Source: Halocafeteria seosinensis (taxonomy: Eukaryota). From it: a DNA stretch of 52,746 nucleotides. Position numbers and translations under genes: made by a program. Below the pieces are notes generated by a model. It saw only the letters and a list, made by a program, of their open reading frames with translations. It did no database searches and was not told the DNA's origin. Shown here one piece after another: positions 11,622 through 24,630 of this stretch. The stretch lies in contig LVLI01000523.1 of the NCBI GenBank assembly GCA_001687465.1, forward strand, positions 1 through 52,746, in the 5' to 3' direction. The number at the start of each line of letters is the position of its first letter. Within the stretch, counting starts at the first letter, position 1.

Positions 11622-14125
11622 ATGCGCAGTATGTGGAAAACTGACAGCCAGTTTGGTGCCTCGATGAGGCAGATGGATCTTAGTGATTCCGTCCAACACG
11701 CGTCAAGATGGAAGAAATGGCACAGTGGCGAAGACGTCCTCTCACAAACGGTAAGCCGCGTTTATCATTTCCATCATTTTCATGCACTACATTCGTTGTC
11801 GTTCTTTTGGCTTCGATTGGTTGTGCAGCAGAGTTCTGGGCGCAAAGAGTGCCAAAGTGACTCAAGTCGTTGGGAAACTGAATCGCATGCGGCCTTTACG
11901 TACTATGTGAGGCCACAGGAACTTGGGGAGAGCGAATTGGACACTTCCTCTGGTGCTCTAAATCGTACGGAGGTCTTCCAGTCTACATCTCGGCATAATA
12001 CTTCGGGATATAATGTAAGTTCCACTGATACAGTGCATCGCGTAAGCGCACTGCTAACGTTGTAGTTTCTTCGCGGCAGCCGAACCAATATCAGGATTGC
12101 GCAACAAAGCGAGAGTCTAGTGCACAGTCACATCAACCCCAACTCCAACGTACAGAAAATGATGCTTGCCAGGAAGAAATCGATCAACCTGGACATTATG
12201 AGTGTGTTGAAGTACCCGTAAACTTCTCCGAGACAGAATACGCAGGAAGGCCACAAGACCATGCAGGAAATATTGTAGATGAGGAGCTCAAGACCCTGCA
12301 CGGGGAAGAAATGGAACGGCAAAGGCTCGAAAAACAACGACAGGAGGAGCTTGAACAAAAAGAGAGAAAAAAACGGGAAGAACAGGAGAGAATTCGGGCA
12401 GAGAAAGAAGCAAAGCGTGAAGCCAAAAGGAAACGTCTGGAAAGGAAAAAGAAGCAAGACCAGAAACCGCTTACTCCAGCTGAAATGACTGCAAGAGCGA
12501 AAAAGCAGGAACAACTGGATAGAATTCAGAATTCAAGGGAGCTATCCAACAGTGGCTTCTCGAAGCATTTTAAGAAACCCCCCTTCCATTCATATGGGTA
12601 AGTGATTTTCCGAATCGCTGCTACTCACGTGCGTCGTTGTTCATTTGCTCCGCGGTCGCGATGCAGCCATGGAAATGTTAGACCAATTAAAGGTGGTGTG
12701 ATGCATGGCAACTATATGACTAGCTACAATGTTCAGCCTCTCCTATCGCGCGCAAGCCAAAAATATGAGGTGAGTTGTGATGTGTGTGTTGCTATAGGTG
12801 TAACCGCTGTAGACATAATTTGATCATTCGTACCATCGCAGGATATAATGGATGATGTTGCATTCGTGTATGATTCTGCTTTGCTTCACCTGGATCCATC
12901 AAAAACTGGTCAGGAATCTTCAGGCGAAGAACCAGATGAACACCATGAAACGTTGTTAGACACAGCTCGTGAGAAGCTCAAGGAGGAATACGGTGGTAAG
13001 TTTTGTATAAGCAGCTGTGCCTGCATTCAGCATTAACTATTGTATGTTGCTATTACAGAGAACGTCAAAGCAAAGACGAACAAGCGTGCAGAAAACCGCC
13101 AAAGACGCTCGTCGATAACCGATCAAATGGAAGGCAGTAAGACCTCGCAACAACCCCAGCAAGGCAAACAGGAAAAGGATGGACAGAATCCGACGTCCTC
13201 TGGAATTAATGCTCCGAAGCGTGAGCAATCTAACCACCACCCTCAGACACCTCAGAGACAGAGAGATCAGTCCCAGCGAACGGCGGCGCCGCGTACCCGC
13301 CAAGGGAATTCTGCGAATAGAGGAGCGACATCTAATCCGAAAAACGCGGAGGGGACTCGACAAGGGGTGAATTTTGAAAAGAAACTAGGGAAGTCCAAAA
13401 AAGGATCTGCTCGAAGAAAACTAGCTATGGAATGTCATCCGTCTTCTTGGGAAACGGAGTCGCATGCCGCCACCCGCCGAACCGGTGTAAAGGGACCTGA
13501 TACATCTCCACAAAAGAAACAGGAATTGCAAGAGAAACTAGAGGCCGATACATCGGAAATATTCAAGATTCCTATGCGATACCGAAGGAGCTGGAGTGCT
13601 GGTGTTTCTCAGTCTCTGCAATGGGTAGACGACGAACCAGCTACTAAACCGGCGGAGCCCATGGCACAGTCTACTCAAGGCAACCACCAAGGCGACAACT
13701 CGGACGATCCGCAACAGCACAATGATACTCAGGTTATGAGGTCTACTGATAGAAGCAATACTCGAAATGTTTCCCAAGTTGACGTGCAGGAAGAGGAGCC
13801 GGAAGAAGAAGGTCAAGGCCAGTACGCCACTCAGGGTTACTATCACGGTGTGCCACCCCCACCACCACCGCAAGCAACTCATTCGATTGTTGGTGAAGAG
13901 GCAACTGGAGAGCCAACCGTGCGGCTGGTCACCTCTGAGTTCCGCCCGAGGAGCGTAAGAGAGCGAGATCCACGCCAGTTCAAGTACCTGCCCGTGGAGT
14001 GGTCGAAGGCTATCCGCCCTGCCGGTCGAGCAGTTCCCAAGAGCGACACTGTAGGTCATATTTTGCACCCATGTGACTGTTAAAGCTTGCGTTATTTTTT
14101 TCAGAGTACACTCAAAGAAAAATAG
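11622..14125 (+). CDS. CCSAP-like (centriole/cilia/spindle-associated) microtubule-binding protein; multi-exon
   Basis: Introns at about 11751-11828, 12015-12066, 12598-12667, 12770-12841, 12996-13057 and 14051-14104. KPPFHSYG...SYNV...VYDSAL...RAENRQ resembles the CCSAP conserved block; WETESHAA is repeated. Confidence 0.5.
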
Positions 14126-14353
14126 ATTAAATAAACATTGTTAGCTGAATGCTTCCATACTCACGTGAAGTTGTTTTGTGAAGCTTCCATTTAACGCGCG
14201 TTAACATGACGTCGCAACTGCGCTAGGAGGCCTCTATACACCCCATAACAGCCTGAGATTGAGAAAATCACGGCTGATGATACTTTTGGTATCCCTTTCA
14301 ATGGCATCGCTTCCCTGTTGACTGGAATCCTTGAGTGACTGAAACAAGTGACG

Positions 14354-16379
14354 ATGGAATATTTGGCGCAAGGCGGGCCATTTTACGACCGCTCGAATAC
14401 CTTGGAAGCGGTAGCAGCTTCTAATGAGTTTAACAAACGGAGATTGCATGACCCTCCAGAGCAAAGCGATGAACAGTATTTTCCTGAAATTGAACAAGAC
14501 GGAAGAAGTAAGCGAATGAAAAGAGATGAACAGCAAACAACGTAAGTGCAGCAACGACAACGTGAAGCTGCAATTCCACTACGTCAGTAGACGCTGTGTT
14601 GGTTCTCTCCAACAGACCTAGAGAAAGCTCATATCCTCCAAGTGAGGAAACCGCGTCGACTCCCAGCAATGTGCCGAAGAAGGGTGGATGCGAAACAGAA
14701 TGCCAGCAGGAACGGATCAAAGGTACGCTCTCGCTAGTTGACCACGGGCTTTAACCCTGCGCGCGTTCTTGACCACGTCTTCAACGCCACCCTGCACAGT
14801 CGCTCTTCGAGTCCGTCCAATGCTTCAAGAAGACAAGAAGTACTATGTCTCATATTTGTCGGAGGAAGAGCAGATTTGCGTGAAGCCAATGCGCGAACAA
14901 CACTGTGTGGAATTGCACCGGCCGTTGGGGGATGTCACAGCTAGATATTTCGATACCGTCTTTTCCAGTTCTGACACCCAGCATGAGTTTTACGAGGATA
15001 CAGCTGCGCCTTTAGTTCAGAAATTCATAGAAGGATATAATGCTACATTACTAACTTACGGGCAAACAGGCGCAGGGAAAACGTATTCTGTGTTCGGCAG
15101 TAAGTCATACTGGGAGGAGCATGTCAAAGGATTTCGATCTGTGGACGAGCTGAACCTCCAACATCAACACGCGGGAATTGTTCCAAGAGCAATCAAAGAT
15201 ATTTTCCAATATATGGATAGTCAACCTAAGGGTTCATGTCGGCTTTATGTGTCTTTCGCGGAGATTTATATGGAGAAGCCTAAGGACCTACTTGACCCGA
15301 CACGGGGAGCGAGCAAGAAACTTCCAATCCGGCAGAAAAAGAATGGGGAAGTATATCTGGATGGACTACGTTGTTGCGAAGTCTTTAGCCCAGCTGAATT
15401 GATGGTGCTCGTTTCAGAAGGAGTACAAACGAGAATGTCAGGTAAGCGGACGATGTGCAGTTCTACTGCGTGTTGTTGAGACTTGGTTGGATTTCCTTCC
15501 GCAGCTCTGACACGGATGAATTCTGAAAGTAGCAGATCCCACGCGATCCTTCAAATATATTTAGATCAAGATTTTCCCGGAGAAAATGAATCAATACAAA
15601 CCCGGCGCTCCACATTGAACATCGTTGACCTCGCTGGAAGCGAAAATGTAGCTAAGTCCAAGTCAACTGTAAGTGTTTGACCGGCCAACGCCATTGCTAG
15701 TGCTGGATTGAGGGGACCTACTAGAAATGTTTAAAAAACAGGGTCTGCGGCTTGAGGAAGTAAAGCTGATCAATAAATCTATCACTGCTCTTGGTAACGT
15801 GATTAGTGCCTTAGCTGAAGGTTCCGGTCGTGGTGAAGGGAAACCGACAAGACATATTCCCTTTCGTGATTCAATACTCACCAGACTGTTGACGGATTCA
15901 GTTGGGGGCAACTCGTATACGGTGCTTTGTGCAAACATTGCACCTATCGCTTCACACATTGACGAAAGGTGAGTCTTTCTCGTGGTGAAAGCTAGTGGCT
16001 TGATAGGCGCTAAATTGTCCGTTATGACTGCAGTTTTAGTACCGTGTGTTTTGCAACTCGTGCCATGTCTGTCAACAAGCAAGTAAGACTTAACAAAGCT
16101 TCGCAAGCCGTTAGGAATAGCTCTAACGGCAAAGAACTAAATGATGAGGATGTTGCCAGAGAGGCCAGGGCACGGTTTGGGGATAATGCACTAGCTTCTC
16201 CCGGGGCAAACTCCCACAGCTCTTCTGGAAATTCGAGCGCGTATGACCAACAGTTGTATCGCACTGTTGAGCTGCTACATGGCAAGGTTGAGAAACTAAA
16301 CGAGATCATCAGATTTCAGCAGCAAGAAATTATGGCCCTCCGTGGGGATAAGTCTGGCTACATTGAGCCGGAGTCGTAA
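14354..16379 (+). CDS. Kinesin motor protein
   Basis: [18 protein letters not shown] (P-loop), MNSESSRSH (switch I), VDLAGSE (switch II), [28 protein letters not shown]. Introns include 14722-14799, 15669-15741 and 15969-16032. Confidence 0.95.
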
Positions 16380-16444
16380 AATATAATCCGTACGTGAATG
16401 TAAAACATACACACGCTCACATTAATCCGTTGTTCATTTAATGG

Positions 16445-18691
16445 TTAAAACCAATCATGATTGTCTGAGGCACCACTCTGTTGAGTTCTATCAGAATTTA
16501 TACAAGAAATTGATGGAAACTTGTGCATGTTATGTTCGTCTGAGCGCTTAGCAGAGTGCTGGCTCTGCTTGTCGGCTGTCGATGTTGACGAGATTGAAGG
16601 GAGTCCTGACGGATTCAACGGCGTGCCTATCTGTTTCTTTTTCTGATAGCTATCTTCCTTCCCCATATTCGATTCCTTGTTTGAGCCACCCAAATAAGAT
16701 GTTAAAAAGAATCCGTCGTCTGCATCTTCCTCCGCCACTTTGGCTTGGTCATTCTGAGCCGCTTCAACCCCGACGCGAGGAAGGGACCTATCTTTGCCAT
16801 TGCCACCAGCGGACGATTGATTTCCTGCCAGACGTGGCTCCGGCGTCTGTGATGAAGAACCTTTCTTGCTCTTTCCTTTGGAAGACGATGTGTTCCCAAC
16901 GTTCTGATCACTTGCATCTTCTTCGTCATCGCCACTAAAGCTGTCAAAGCTATCAGAGTAACCGTCTTCGTCGTCAGTAATCCTCGAGGAGAATCTTCTG
17001 CTACTAGCGGGAGACTGCGGTTCTTCTGTATTAACGGTTTTTCTCTTGTTAGATTTTCCCTTGCCATCCTGTTTTGGTTTCTCTGCCGTTCGGTTGCTCT
17101 CGGTGACCCTTTGAGAAGAGCGCGGTGGTAAGTTCCTTGTTCCCGTTCGAACGGGTATTCTTCGGGGCTTTTTGGCTGCTTGAACACTACTCTTGTCTTC
17201 CACAGGGCGAGCTGCTTTGTTCACCGTCTTATGTTTCATTTTCTTGTTTTCCTCTGTCTTGATGTTCGCGTCCTTAGTGCCTTTCTGTGCATTGAGTTTA
17301 ATGCGACTCAAGTTAAACGTCCCTTTTTTTGTTGGTTGCTTGGTCGTCTTAGGGGTTTGTGACTGTTTTTTCTTGGCATTCTCTTGCTGTTGCTTTTTAA
17401 CTTCTTCTGACATCCGCTCCCAGAAGGGAACACGGTTTTGGATGGCTGACTTTGAATTTGTTTTGCGTGATTTATTGAGTTCTTCCTTCCGACGAAGAAG
17501 CCATTGAGGTACATGTCCTAGCTTCCTTCCATGTTCGAGAGGAGCATAATTTGCCTTTCTTAGCCCCATTTCCCCATCTGTTTTACTCGCTGCCTTCTCC
17601 CGAGATAGTTCAAAGGCACTCCGTTGTTGATGCAGTGGAGACTGGCGATCCTCCTCTGTCGCCTTCTTGGGAGACTGATAAAACCAATTACGACGTTGCT
17701 CTCGGTTTTCCACTTCTTGTCGCTGCTTTAGCGCTTGCTGCCTCCGCGAGGGGGAAGGTTTCGAGAGCTGGGATGCCCTGGCACGCTGGGCTTGTGCCAC
17801 TCGTTTCCTATACTCTCGTTGTTCCTCATTCCGCTGACGATGAGCTTTTTGTCTGGCTTGTCGCTGACGTCTTCGCTTTTCACTTTCAATTACTTTGTCT
17901 GCTAGCTTACCAGCATATTTCTTGTCTGTTGCAGCTTTACGAAAGTCAGGTTTAGATAGCGTCGATTTACTGGAGGGAGTGTACAGAGTTTCGCCTCGTA
18001 TCCCTTCGTTAAAGTTGATTGACCTCTTAACATTCAGTCTCCGTGGCTGGGGGTTGTTCAGCAACCTTCCTTGACCGCGTTTCCGCCCCGAGGAATACTT
18101 TTCTTCAGCCTCCCTTGCGATTCTTCGCTTTTCAAGGCACTGTTCTTCATTCCTCCTCCTGGTTTGTTCGTACGTTTCACTATGATGACTCTGCTTGGCA
18201 GTACTCTGTTCGGAAGCGGGTGAGCTTATTTGGGATGAAACTGAACCTCGATTCGACTTAGACAAGCTAACATCACTTCTTCTCTGATGTTTCCTGTCAC
18301 TTGATCTTTTATTGTACTCGCTATGCCCACCTTCTACGTTTGAGTCCACCGATTCGGCATGCCTCGATAACGAGCCAAAACTTTCATCACGAGTCAAGGG
18401 TGATCCTCGCGGTTGCTCCTCAGGGAGGGTATACAAGCGCGAACCTTGAAAGCCCCGGCTTCTTCTTACTGATTTTTGTAGCCTCGGTTTATTCGTATGT
18501 GTTTGTTGTTGTTCATGATGTCGGTTGTGCCCCCAAGGGCTTCTTTGAGACCCTGCACTCCGGGAGACATTGTTGTCATTTGAGTTACCACTCTCCGACA
18601 ATCCTAGCTGAAGCTCCTGAATGGACACGTGTGCCAACCTATCCGGATCTGTCAACTCCAGGATCCTGGCTACTTCGGACGACTGAGACAT
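16445..18691 (-). CDS. Large basic, low-complexity coiled-coil protein with an enkurin-like motif
   Basis: About 750-aa open frame containing LGHVPQWLLRRKEEL; the 5' end may extend into upstream exons. Confidence 0.65.
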   Translation of the reverse strand: MSQSSEVARILELTDPDRLAHVSIQELQLGLSESGNSNDNNVSRSAGSQRSPWGHNRHHEQQQTHTNKPRLQKSVRRSRGFQGSRLYTLPEEQPRGSPLTRDESFGSLSRHAESVDSNVEGGHSEYNKRSSDRKHQRRSDVSLSKSNRGSVSSQISSPASEQSTAKQSHHSETYEQTRRRNEEQCLEKRRIAREAEEKYSSGRKRGQGRLLNNPQPRRLNVKRSINFNEGIRGETLYTPSSKSTLSKPDFRKAATDKKYAGKLADKVIESEKRRRQRQARQKAHRQRNEEQREYRKRVAQAQRARASQLSKPSPSRRQQALKQRQEVENREQRRNWFYQSPKKATEEDRQSPLHQQRSAFELSREKAASKTDGEMGLRKANYAPLEHGRKLGHVPQWLLRRKEELNKSRKTNSKSAIQNRVPFWERMSEEVKKQQQENAKKKQSQTPKTTKQPTKKGTFNLSRIKLNAQKGTKDANIKTEENKKMKHKTVNKAARPVEDKSSVQAAKKPRRIPVRTGTRNLPPRSSQRVTESNRTAEKPKQDGKGKSNKRKTVNTEEPQSPASSRRFSSRITDDEDGYSDSFDSFSGDDEEDASDQNVGNTSSSKGKSKKGSSSQTPEPRLAGNQSSAGGNGKDRSLPRVGVEAAQNDQAKVAEEDADDGFFLTSYLGGSNKESNMGKEDSYQKKKQIGTPLNPSGLPSISSTSTADKQSQHSAKRSDEHNMHKFPSISCINSDRTQQSGASDNHDWF

Positions 18692-19367
18692 TACCACGAT
18701 TCCCCAACGCCCGACAAACCACTGGTCGTTTCAAACACCTGAAACCACAGACCGAACGCTTTCTCCTCAGCCAATAACCGAACAATGCGTTCTACTTGAT
18801 GCTTCTGTAGTTTAGTCTCCGTGGGTCTTATAGCGCCGACAACCGCAGAAGACGGTTAGAGAGCATCGTTCCAAGCTTCTGCTCAATGCGTTTACGTTAG
18901 CTCTTCGGCTAAGGCAATCAAGTTCGTACCCTCAGTGACCACCACGCACTATTCGGCATATACATCCACATCTGTCCAGAGGGAAATCTGACCCACAAAA
19001 CTCGCTATGCTTTTGTAATTTCCTGGGCTACCTTCCAGACCGTGTAGCGAGAGCGTTCCTTGGACCAAACGCGGACTGTCGTACCGTAAGCACGAGCCAA
19101 TGCAACAATTTCCTCAGAGAAAAGTGCAGTCTATAGAGTTATACACATGCAACGTGATGAAACCCGACAAACACACAGTAACGCGCTGTAACCAGCGGAA
19201 GTTATGCCGGGGCCCGTTTAGGGGGGACCTCTGCGTCAAACTTCAACTTATCTTGGAAGTGTCTCAAATGCTGCATGGATGTCTTACAAGACGGTATTGT
19301 GTAGACGACGCAAAATGTAGTAATGTCTGCGTAAACTTTGGAGAATGTCGTATTTGTCATCGCAACA

Positions 19368-20251
19368 ATGAGCTATCGGCGGGGATTCCACGTTGCCAGT
19401 GCAACTCTGCAACATGCAACGTGGAAGTCGGACAGGAGGTTCAAGTTTCTGTGCAGCCACGAGGAACTCGTTTGTGCGCCTGTGTATCGAAGGCTCTTGA
19501 GTACGTTTGCTGCAACAGTAGCTAGTCCAGGATCCTGTGGTGAGAAGGAGAAGTATCCGTCCCCATGTCAAGGAATTCCCGGTCAGCAGGAACAGATCCC
19601 GTCCCAGCTCGCCTCGGCTGTAATATTCACCGATGGTGCCGCGCGAGGAAACCCAGGTAAAGCAATGTAACTTGTTGCTGATCCCATACCCGGAATGGCT
19701 AGCAAGCTGATCTCGTACTGCAGGTCCTGGAGGCGCTGGCGTCGCGATCACTGACTCGGAAACTACACAAGTCCTTCATCGCTATTACTTGTATCTGGGA
19801 GACCGTGTTACAAACAATGTTGCCGAGTACATGGTGAGTGAACAATTTCACACAAACATAAAGCATATTCTCAAAGGAGAATTTTTAGGTTGTATTGTCA
19901 TAGGCCTTGCTATGCGGGATTAGGGCGGGGCGCCGACTAGGAATCAAGAACTGTATTTTTCGCACAGATTCAGAACTAGTCGAGAAGCAAAGTGAGTTAT
20001 AAGCGCTGTGCAGCACTGACACAGATGTCCACCTTAGTTCATCTGCGAAACGGCTGCATGCTATTTCAGTTAATGAAGTATACAAAACAAGATCTGTCGT
20101 TCTCAGTAAACTGAGGGACACAGTAATGGAGGAAGCACAATCGTTCGACTCGTTCGAAGTACAACACATTCCTAGAGAAGACAACACGCTTGCTGATGAA
20201 CTGGCCAATTTAGCCTTAGACAACGCAAGAGTCAAGCATCTTAAGCAATAG
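19368..20251 (+). CDS. Ribonuclease H1, archaeal/plant type, with a putative organellar targeting peptide
   Basis: Introns 19657-19723, 19834-19903 and 19992-20069 give IFTDGAARGNPGPGGAG..TNNVAEYMAL..RTDSELV..HIPREDNTLADELAN (D-E-D-R-D). Confidence 0.9.
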
Positions 20252-20347
20252 TGCGGCTGGAAACGCAAACTCAATGTCGACCATTCGCAAATGAATAGGA
20301 TCTGATGTCCCAACGTAGGGTAGGGTTTGCCTCTGAACAAAGGAGAG

Positions 20348-23300
20348 TCACGAGCCCAACGTATCTGTGGGTGCATCGTCCTTGAAATAAGACCCTACAT
20401 GACTCATAAGCATAGTAGCCCGGTTCCTAAAGTGCGATGTGACCGTGTTGAGGTGTGATGCAGCCCGCTCACCGGTGTTATGCTGTTGGCCGCCATTGGC
20501 TTCAGAGTGCTCGCTGCGTCCGTGTTGACTCTCTGAGAATAAGTCCATGGTCTTCCATAGAGGACCTTGGTGTACCCTCTTTCTCATTGATGTTGATGAA
20601 TAGTCATTCTGCAAAATAGCAGAGCTTTCAGCTAGCTCACTTTGAGGAAGAGACCCCGAATCTCCTCCGAACGAACAAAGGAAAATAGTCCGCGGTCGGT
20701 TTCGTTCATCCTTGATAGCTGCAGCCCTTTGCAGCGTCTTTTGGGCTCGCTGTAACTGTTTACGACCTTGTTTGGTATTGATAAGTTCTTCAGCGAAAGT
20801 GCCCTTGAGCATCGACCGGTTCTTGCTTAAGTAAGCGTACACCAGTTGCTGAATCAATGGTTCTGTCAAGGAGTAGTCAACAGGATCGACAATTTCTTCC
20901 ACAGATTCCTTCAAACGATTGAGCAGTCCTTCTGAGCTGTCTCCTTTTGCTTCCTTCAGCAATTCTTTAAGACTACAAAGACTCCTCGAAACATCTGTCG
21001 AAAATAAATTGTTAGCATCGTTCTGCGCTCGCGAAACATGGCGCTCCCCGTGGCAAAGCTTGAAAAGTACTGTAGCGTCGAACAATGACTGCATCAGGAG
21101 CGAGTCATTGCTACTTTCGGGCCCGTCTAGTCGTTGCAACAGTGATTCCATCAAACAAATTCCGATTGAATTGGCTAAAGTTGTAGTACCAGCTCGGTTC
21201 AACGCAATTGCTGTATCCCTGATTAGAGGCTTCACCGACGCTTCCCATCTAGATGCTAACCCGACACTGGTAACGCGGTTGTATGAATCTGTTTCTACTC
21301 TGATCACCTCTGAGCTTTCGTTTGTGGCCATTGGGCAAGACAGAGCCTCCGAGACCAAGTGAGGTAAGGAGTGGCCAAGTTTAGAGAGGTGCTGCGGTAT
21401 TTTCACAGCTGGCTTGTAGCTGACGTGGTGGTACTCCGAGGACCGAAAATCAGATGGAAGCATATGGGCTTTAATAGTTTCCTCCATAAACGAATATTTT
21501 CGCTCCATCGCATCGACCTCCTCACGAAAAGAAGAAAGTACCGACGAGACAAGCGGTGAAACGACCGACGGAGTCCAAGCAACATCTGTTTCAGCGGGGG
21601 TTGTTCCTATTTCTGTGCCAGTATCCGTACCCCCTACAGACGACGACTCGCCGTCCGCATTACTATCGGCGACACTAGCATAGTCGTCAGATTCACCACC
21701 AACACGGACGCCTATCCATCCCCAGACGAGTTCCCTAAAATTGACTGCAGAGACATCCCGATAAGTAGACAAGCCGTCTTTAGCTTGCGAGCAATGTAAT
21801 TTTGCATGCAATAGCGCGCCCAACACGAGTAAACGGGACGAACAAAGAGCAAACTGAGTCTTCATGGAGTCAAGCGATTCAGAAACGTGGCCGTCCGTTA
21901 CTAGGGACAGCATATCCACCAACAGCAACCAATACCGCATAAACGCAGCCAGCATGTACAGCTGTGGGCAAACTACTGCCAATCCATTCAGCCCAAGCTG
22001 GAAGTGTTGAGAGCAAGTTTCCCACAATTTTTCAACCCGGGATGACAAAGCCTCCATCGTTAATCGAAAACTTTCCACAATTGCGTTCTCAAGACTTGAC
22101 CTCATCATATCAGCGGAAGATCCTTTCAGATCATCAGCATACCGAAAAATGGTGCACATTTCAGCTAACACGCGAGATATGATGGTCTCAAGCCGTGGCT
22201 GGTCCTCCAAGTGACTACATACTGAGCCACCGCCGCTGTTCCCCGCATGCTGTCTTTCAAGAATTTGATTCTTAATCTCAATGTCTTGTAAGATACGCCC
22301 TTCTTTCCGGGCTTGCTGAATCCTCCTTACCCGTGCGATGCATCCGGCAAAGGGTTCGCTACGCTGAGATAAGTGGTTCTCTTCTCCGCTTTTCCTATTT
22401 GCTGAGTGAAAGAATGAGGTCAAATCATCCACCTGCTTGTAGAGAGGCTCAACCAGTGTAGACACTTTTTTAACGAGCAACCTGGCAAAATGCTCACTTG
22501 TCCGCTTCGTAACAACTTCGAGAATTGATTGAACTTCCCGGGAGTCAGCAATTTCTGGTAGCACGCGTAAAACCCTTTGCGTCAGCGCAGAATGTGTAGT
22601 AGTTGCTGTAGCTTTACCCCATAGTTGCGTGCTTTCAAGCATCTTAGACTTGCTGAATTCTTCAGAATGCCGCGCCATAGAAAATATAGAGTCCACACTT
22701 TCATGCCCCTCCATGTGATTCAATTCACGTGATAACAGGGTTTCCATCTTTCCGGAAAAGCTACGGACAAAGTCACTAATTAAACCTCGTTGTGTTTTAT
22801 CGGATACGCCATCGCAAACGTTGTTGGAAATCAACGGTTCACTTCCTTTGACAAGGGAAGGAAGCTCTGCTTCCAAGCTCGCTAGAAAGGACCGGCGATG
22901 TGATGTCGAAACGAGGGGGCATATCACGCACAAGATGCCCAAAGATTCAATGAGGCTCCGAAGGGCGTCATTTACTTGGGTAGCTATTTCGTCTTCTTTA
23001 TTTTTTCTGTTTTCAATTCCTTCGACGATCAAATCGCCATAATTCTTCAACACTTCCGCTTCCGTGGACGTTGAGCATTCAAAAAGTCCAAGAAGAGCAG
23101 AAATCCGTTGCTCGATTCGTTCTCGTATAGTTTCCCGTTCATCTAGGTGTCGCAGCGTTCTCCAGCACTGCCGCTCAAAACGATATCGGGTGTCACGAAT
23201 TGGGGCATCACCGGAACGCAAAGCAAATTGTCGGAGCAGCTGGACTGAGTCCGAGCCTGATTCTTCCGAGCGTTCCGACAGACGGCCATATTCCGTGTTA

Positions 23301-24027
23301 TATATCGACATCAATCTGGCAGCGGTAACCAAATCCTGTCGCCGCAAAGCATTTTGTGCTTTTCGACAAATTGCACCGAAGTTTACTGGATCTTCCATTT
23401 GTTTGCTTTTTCCCTCCCTGGTTGATTCTTTCTCTTTCTCACGCTTCTCTCCATGTCCCGACAATTCCAGTCCTTCCTGCAAATACATCCGTTGTCCGCG
23501 TTACGTAGGAATCCCGATGAGCAACAGAGGGACTAGCCTTACCTTGCACAGAGAGCCGATTGCTCCCTGGAAAGCATCCACCGTCCCTGACATTTGTTGT
23601 GTTTCACCAGCAGATCGAATAATATCGTCGTATCTGTCTTCCACCACTCCCTGAAGCCGGTCTTGCAGCGTTTTCGCCTCTCGTCTGAACGGAGTAAAAA
23701 TAGCAGAGTAGGAACCAAAGCACAATTTCAGACTGGATAACAATGTCACACATACTGTGTTTGATCCAATACCTCTCGTATTTGATGTACACCCAAGTGT
23801 TCGAACATTTCATCGATCGACCGGAACTGGACATGTCTTTGCTGCTGCTGCTGATTGGGAGAGCGCCCAATAGCCGTAGGTCCAACATGCTGCCCTGTGC
23901 CACCCCTACCGGCATTAGAAATATTGTGGCCATCGTGCAAAGGGAGATGGTACTGATATTGGGCTGAGCTTCCTCCACTCTCAGTTACCGATCCATTCAT
24001 GACAGACGAATCGGATGATTGCACCAT
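20348..24027 (-). CDS. COG1: Conserved oligomeric Golgi complex subunit 1
   Basis: N-terminal Vps51-type block IDEMFEHLGVHQIREV..LQGVVEDRYDDIIRSA; C-terminal MQSLFD and IVDPVDYSLTEPLI match COG1; two short introns near 23480-23750. Confidence 0.75.
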
Positions 24028-24630
24028 GGTGACTCCTTCCAGGTCACTTCCCTCTCTTCATGCAAGAAACACCAGACAAACGCAATTCTCTCAAAACAAA
24101 ATGTTCGTCTTGTATGCTCTATATGAATGAAGAAAGGCTTATTCCAAGAGCTATCTTCTCTGGACCGAACAATCTTTTATCAGCGTTAAGAATCGAATAT
24201 AACGTGACAGAGTCTTGCCGTTTCCATGGCCAACACGGCGCCATACACCTGTGCAAGTAGTATTGTGAATACGGGGTCTTTGTGAGTAAGGTATCCTGAG
24301 TGTCCACTCACGAAACAAACTTCCTTTGTGCGAAAGGGACCACAAGTACTTGGGGGGCGAACGACCGCGATTAACGCCTAGTGCCGTCCTAGAGGTTCGA
24401 GGGCAACACGCCAACTACGAGGCTCACGCATTAAGTTTGTGCAACTACGTGCATGTACCAACGCGCATATCCTCAATTATTTAGTGGGAGAAGCAGAGGA
24501 CGATACCGGACAATGGGCCCCTGTCGGGAAACTGGGATAAACGATGTTAACATGATTCCACGCTAATCACTGGAACGACGCACCTTTTGATGAAACAGTA
24601 GTGGTGGACTAATTCGTGAGCAAGGAGACA

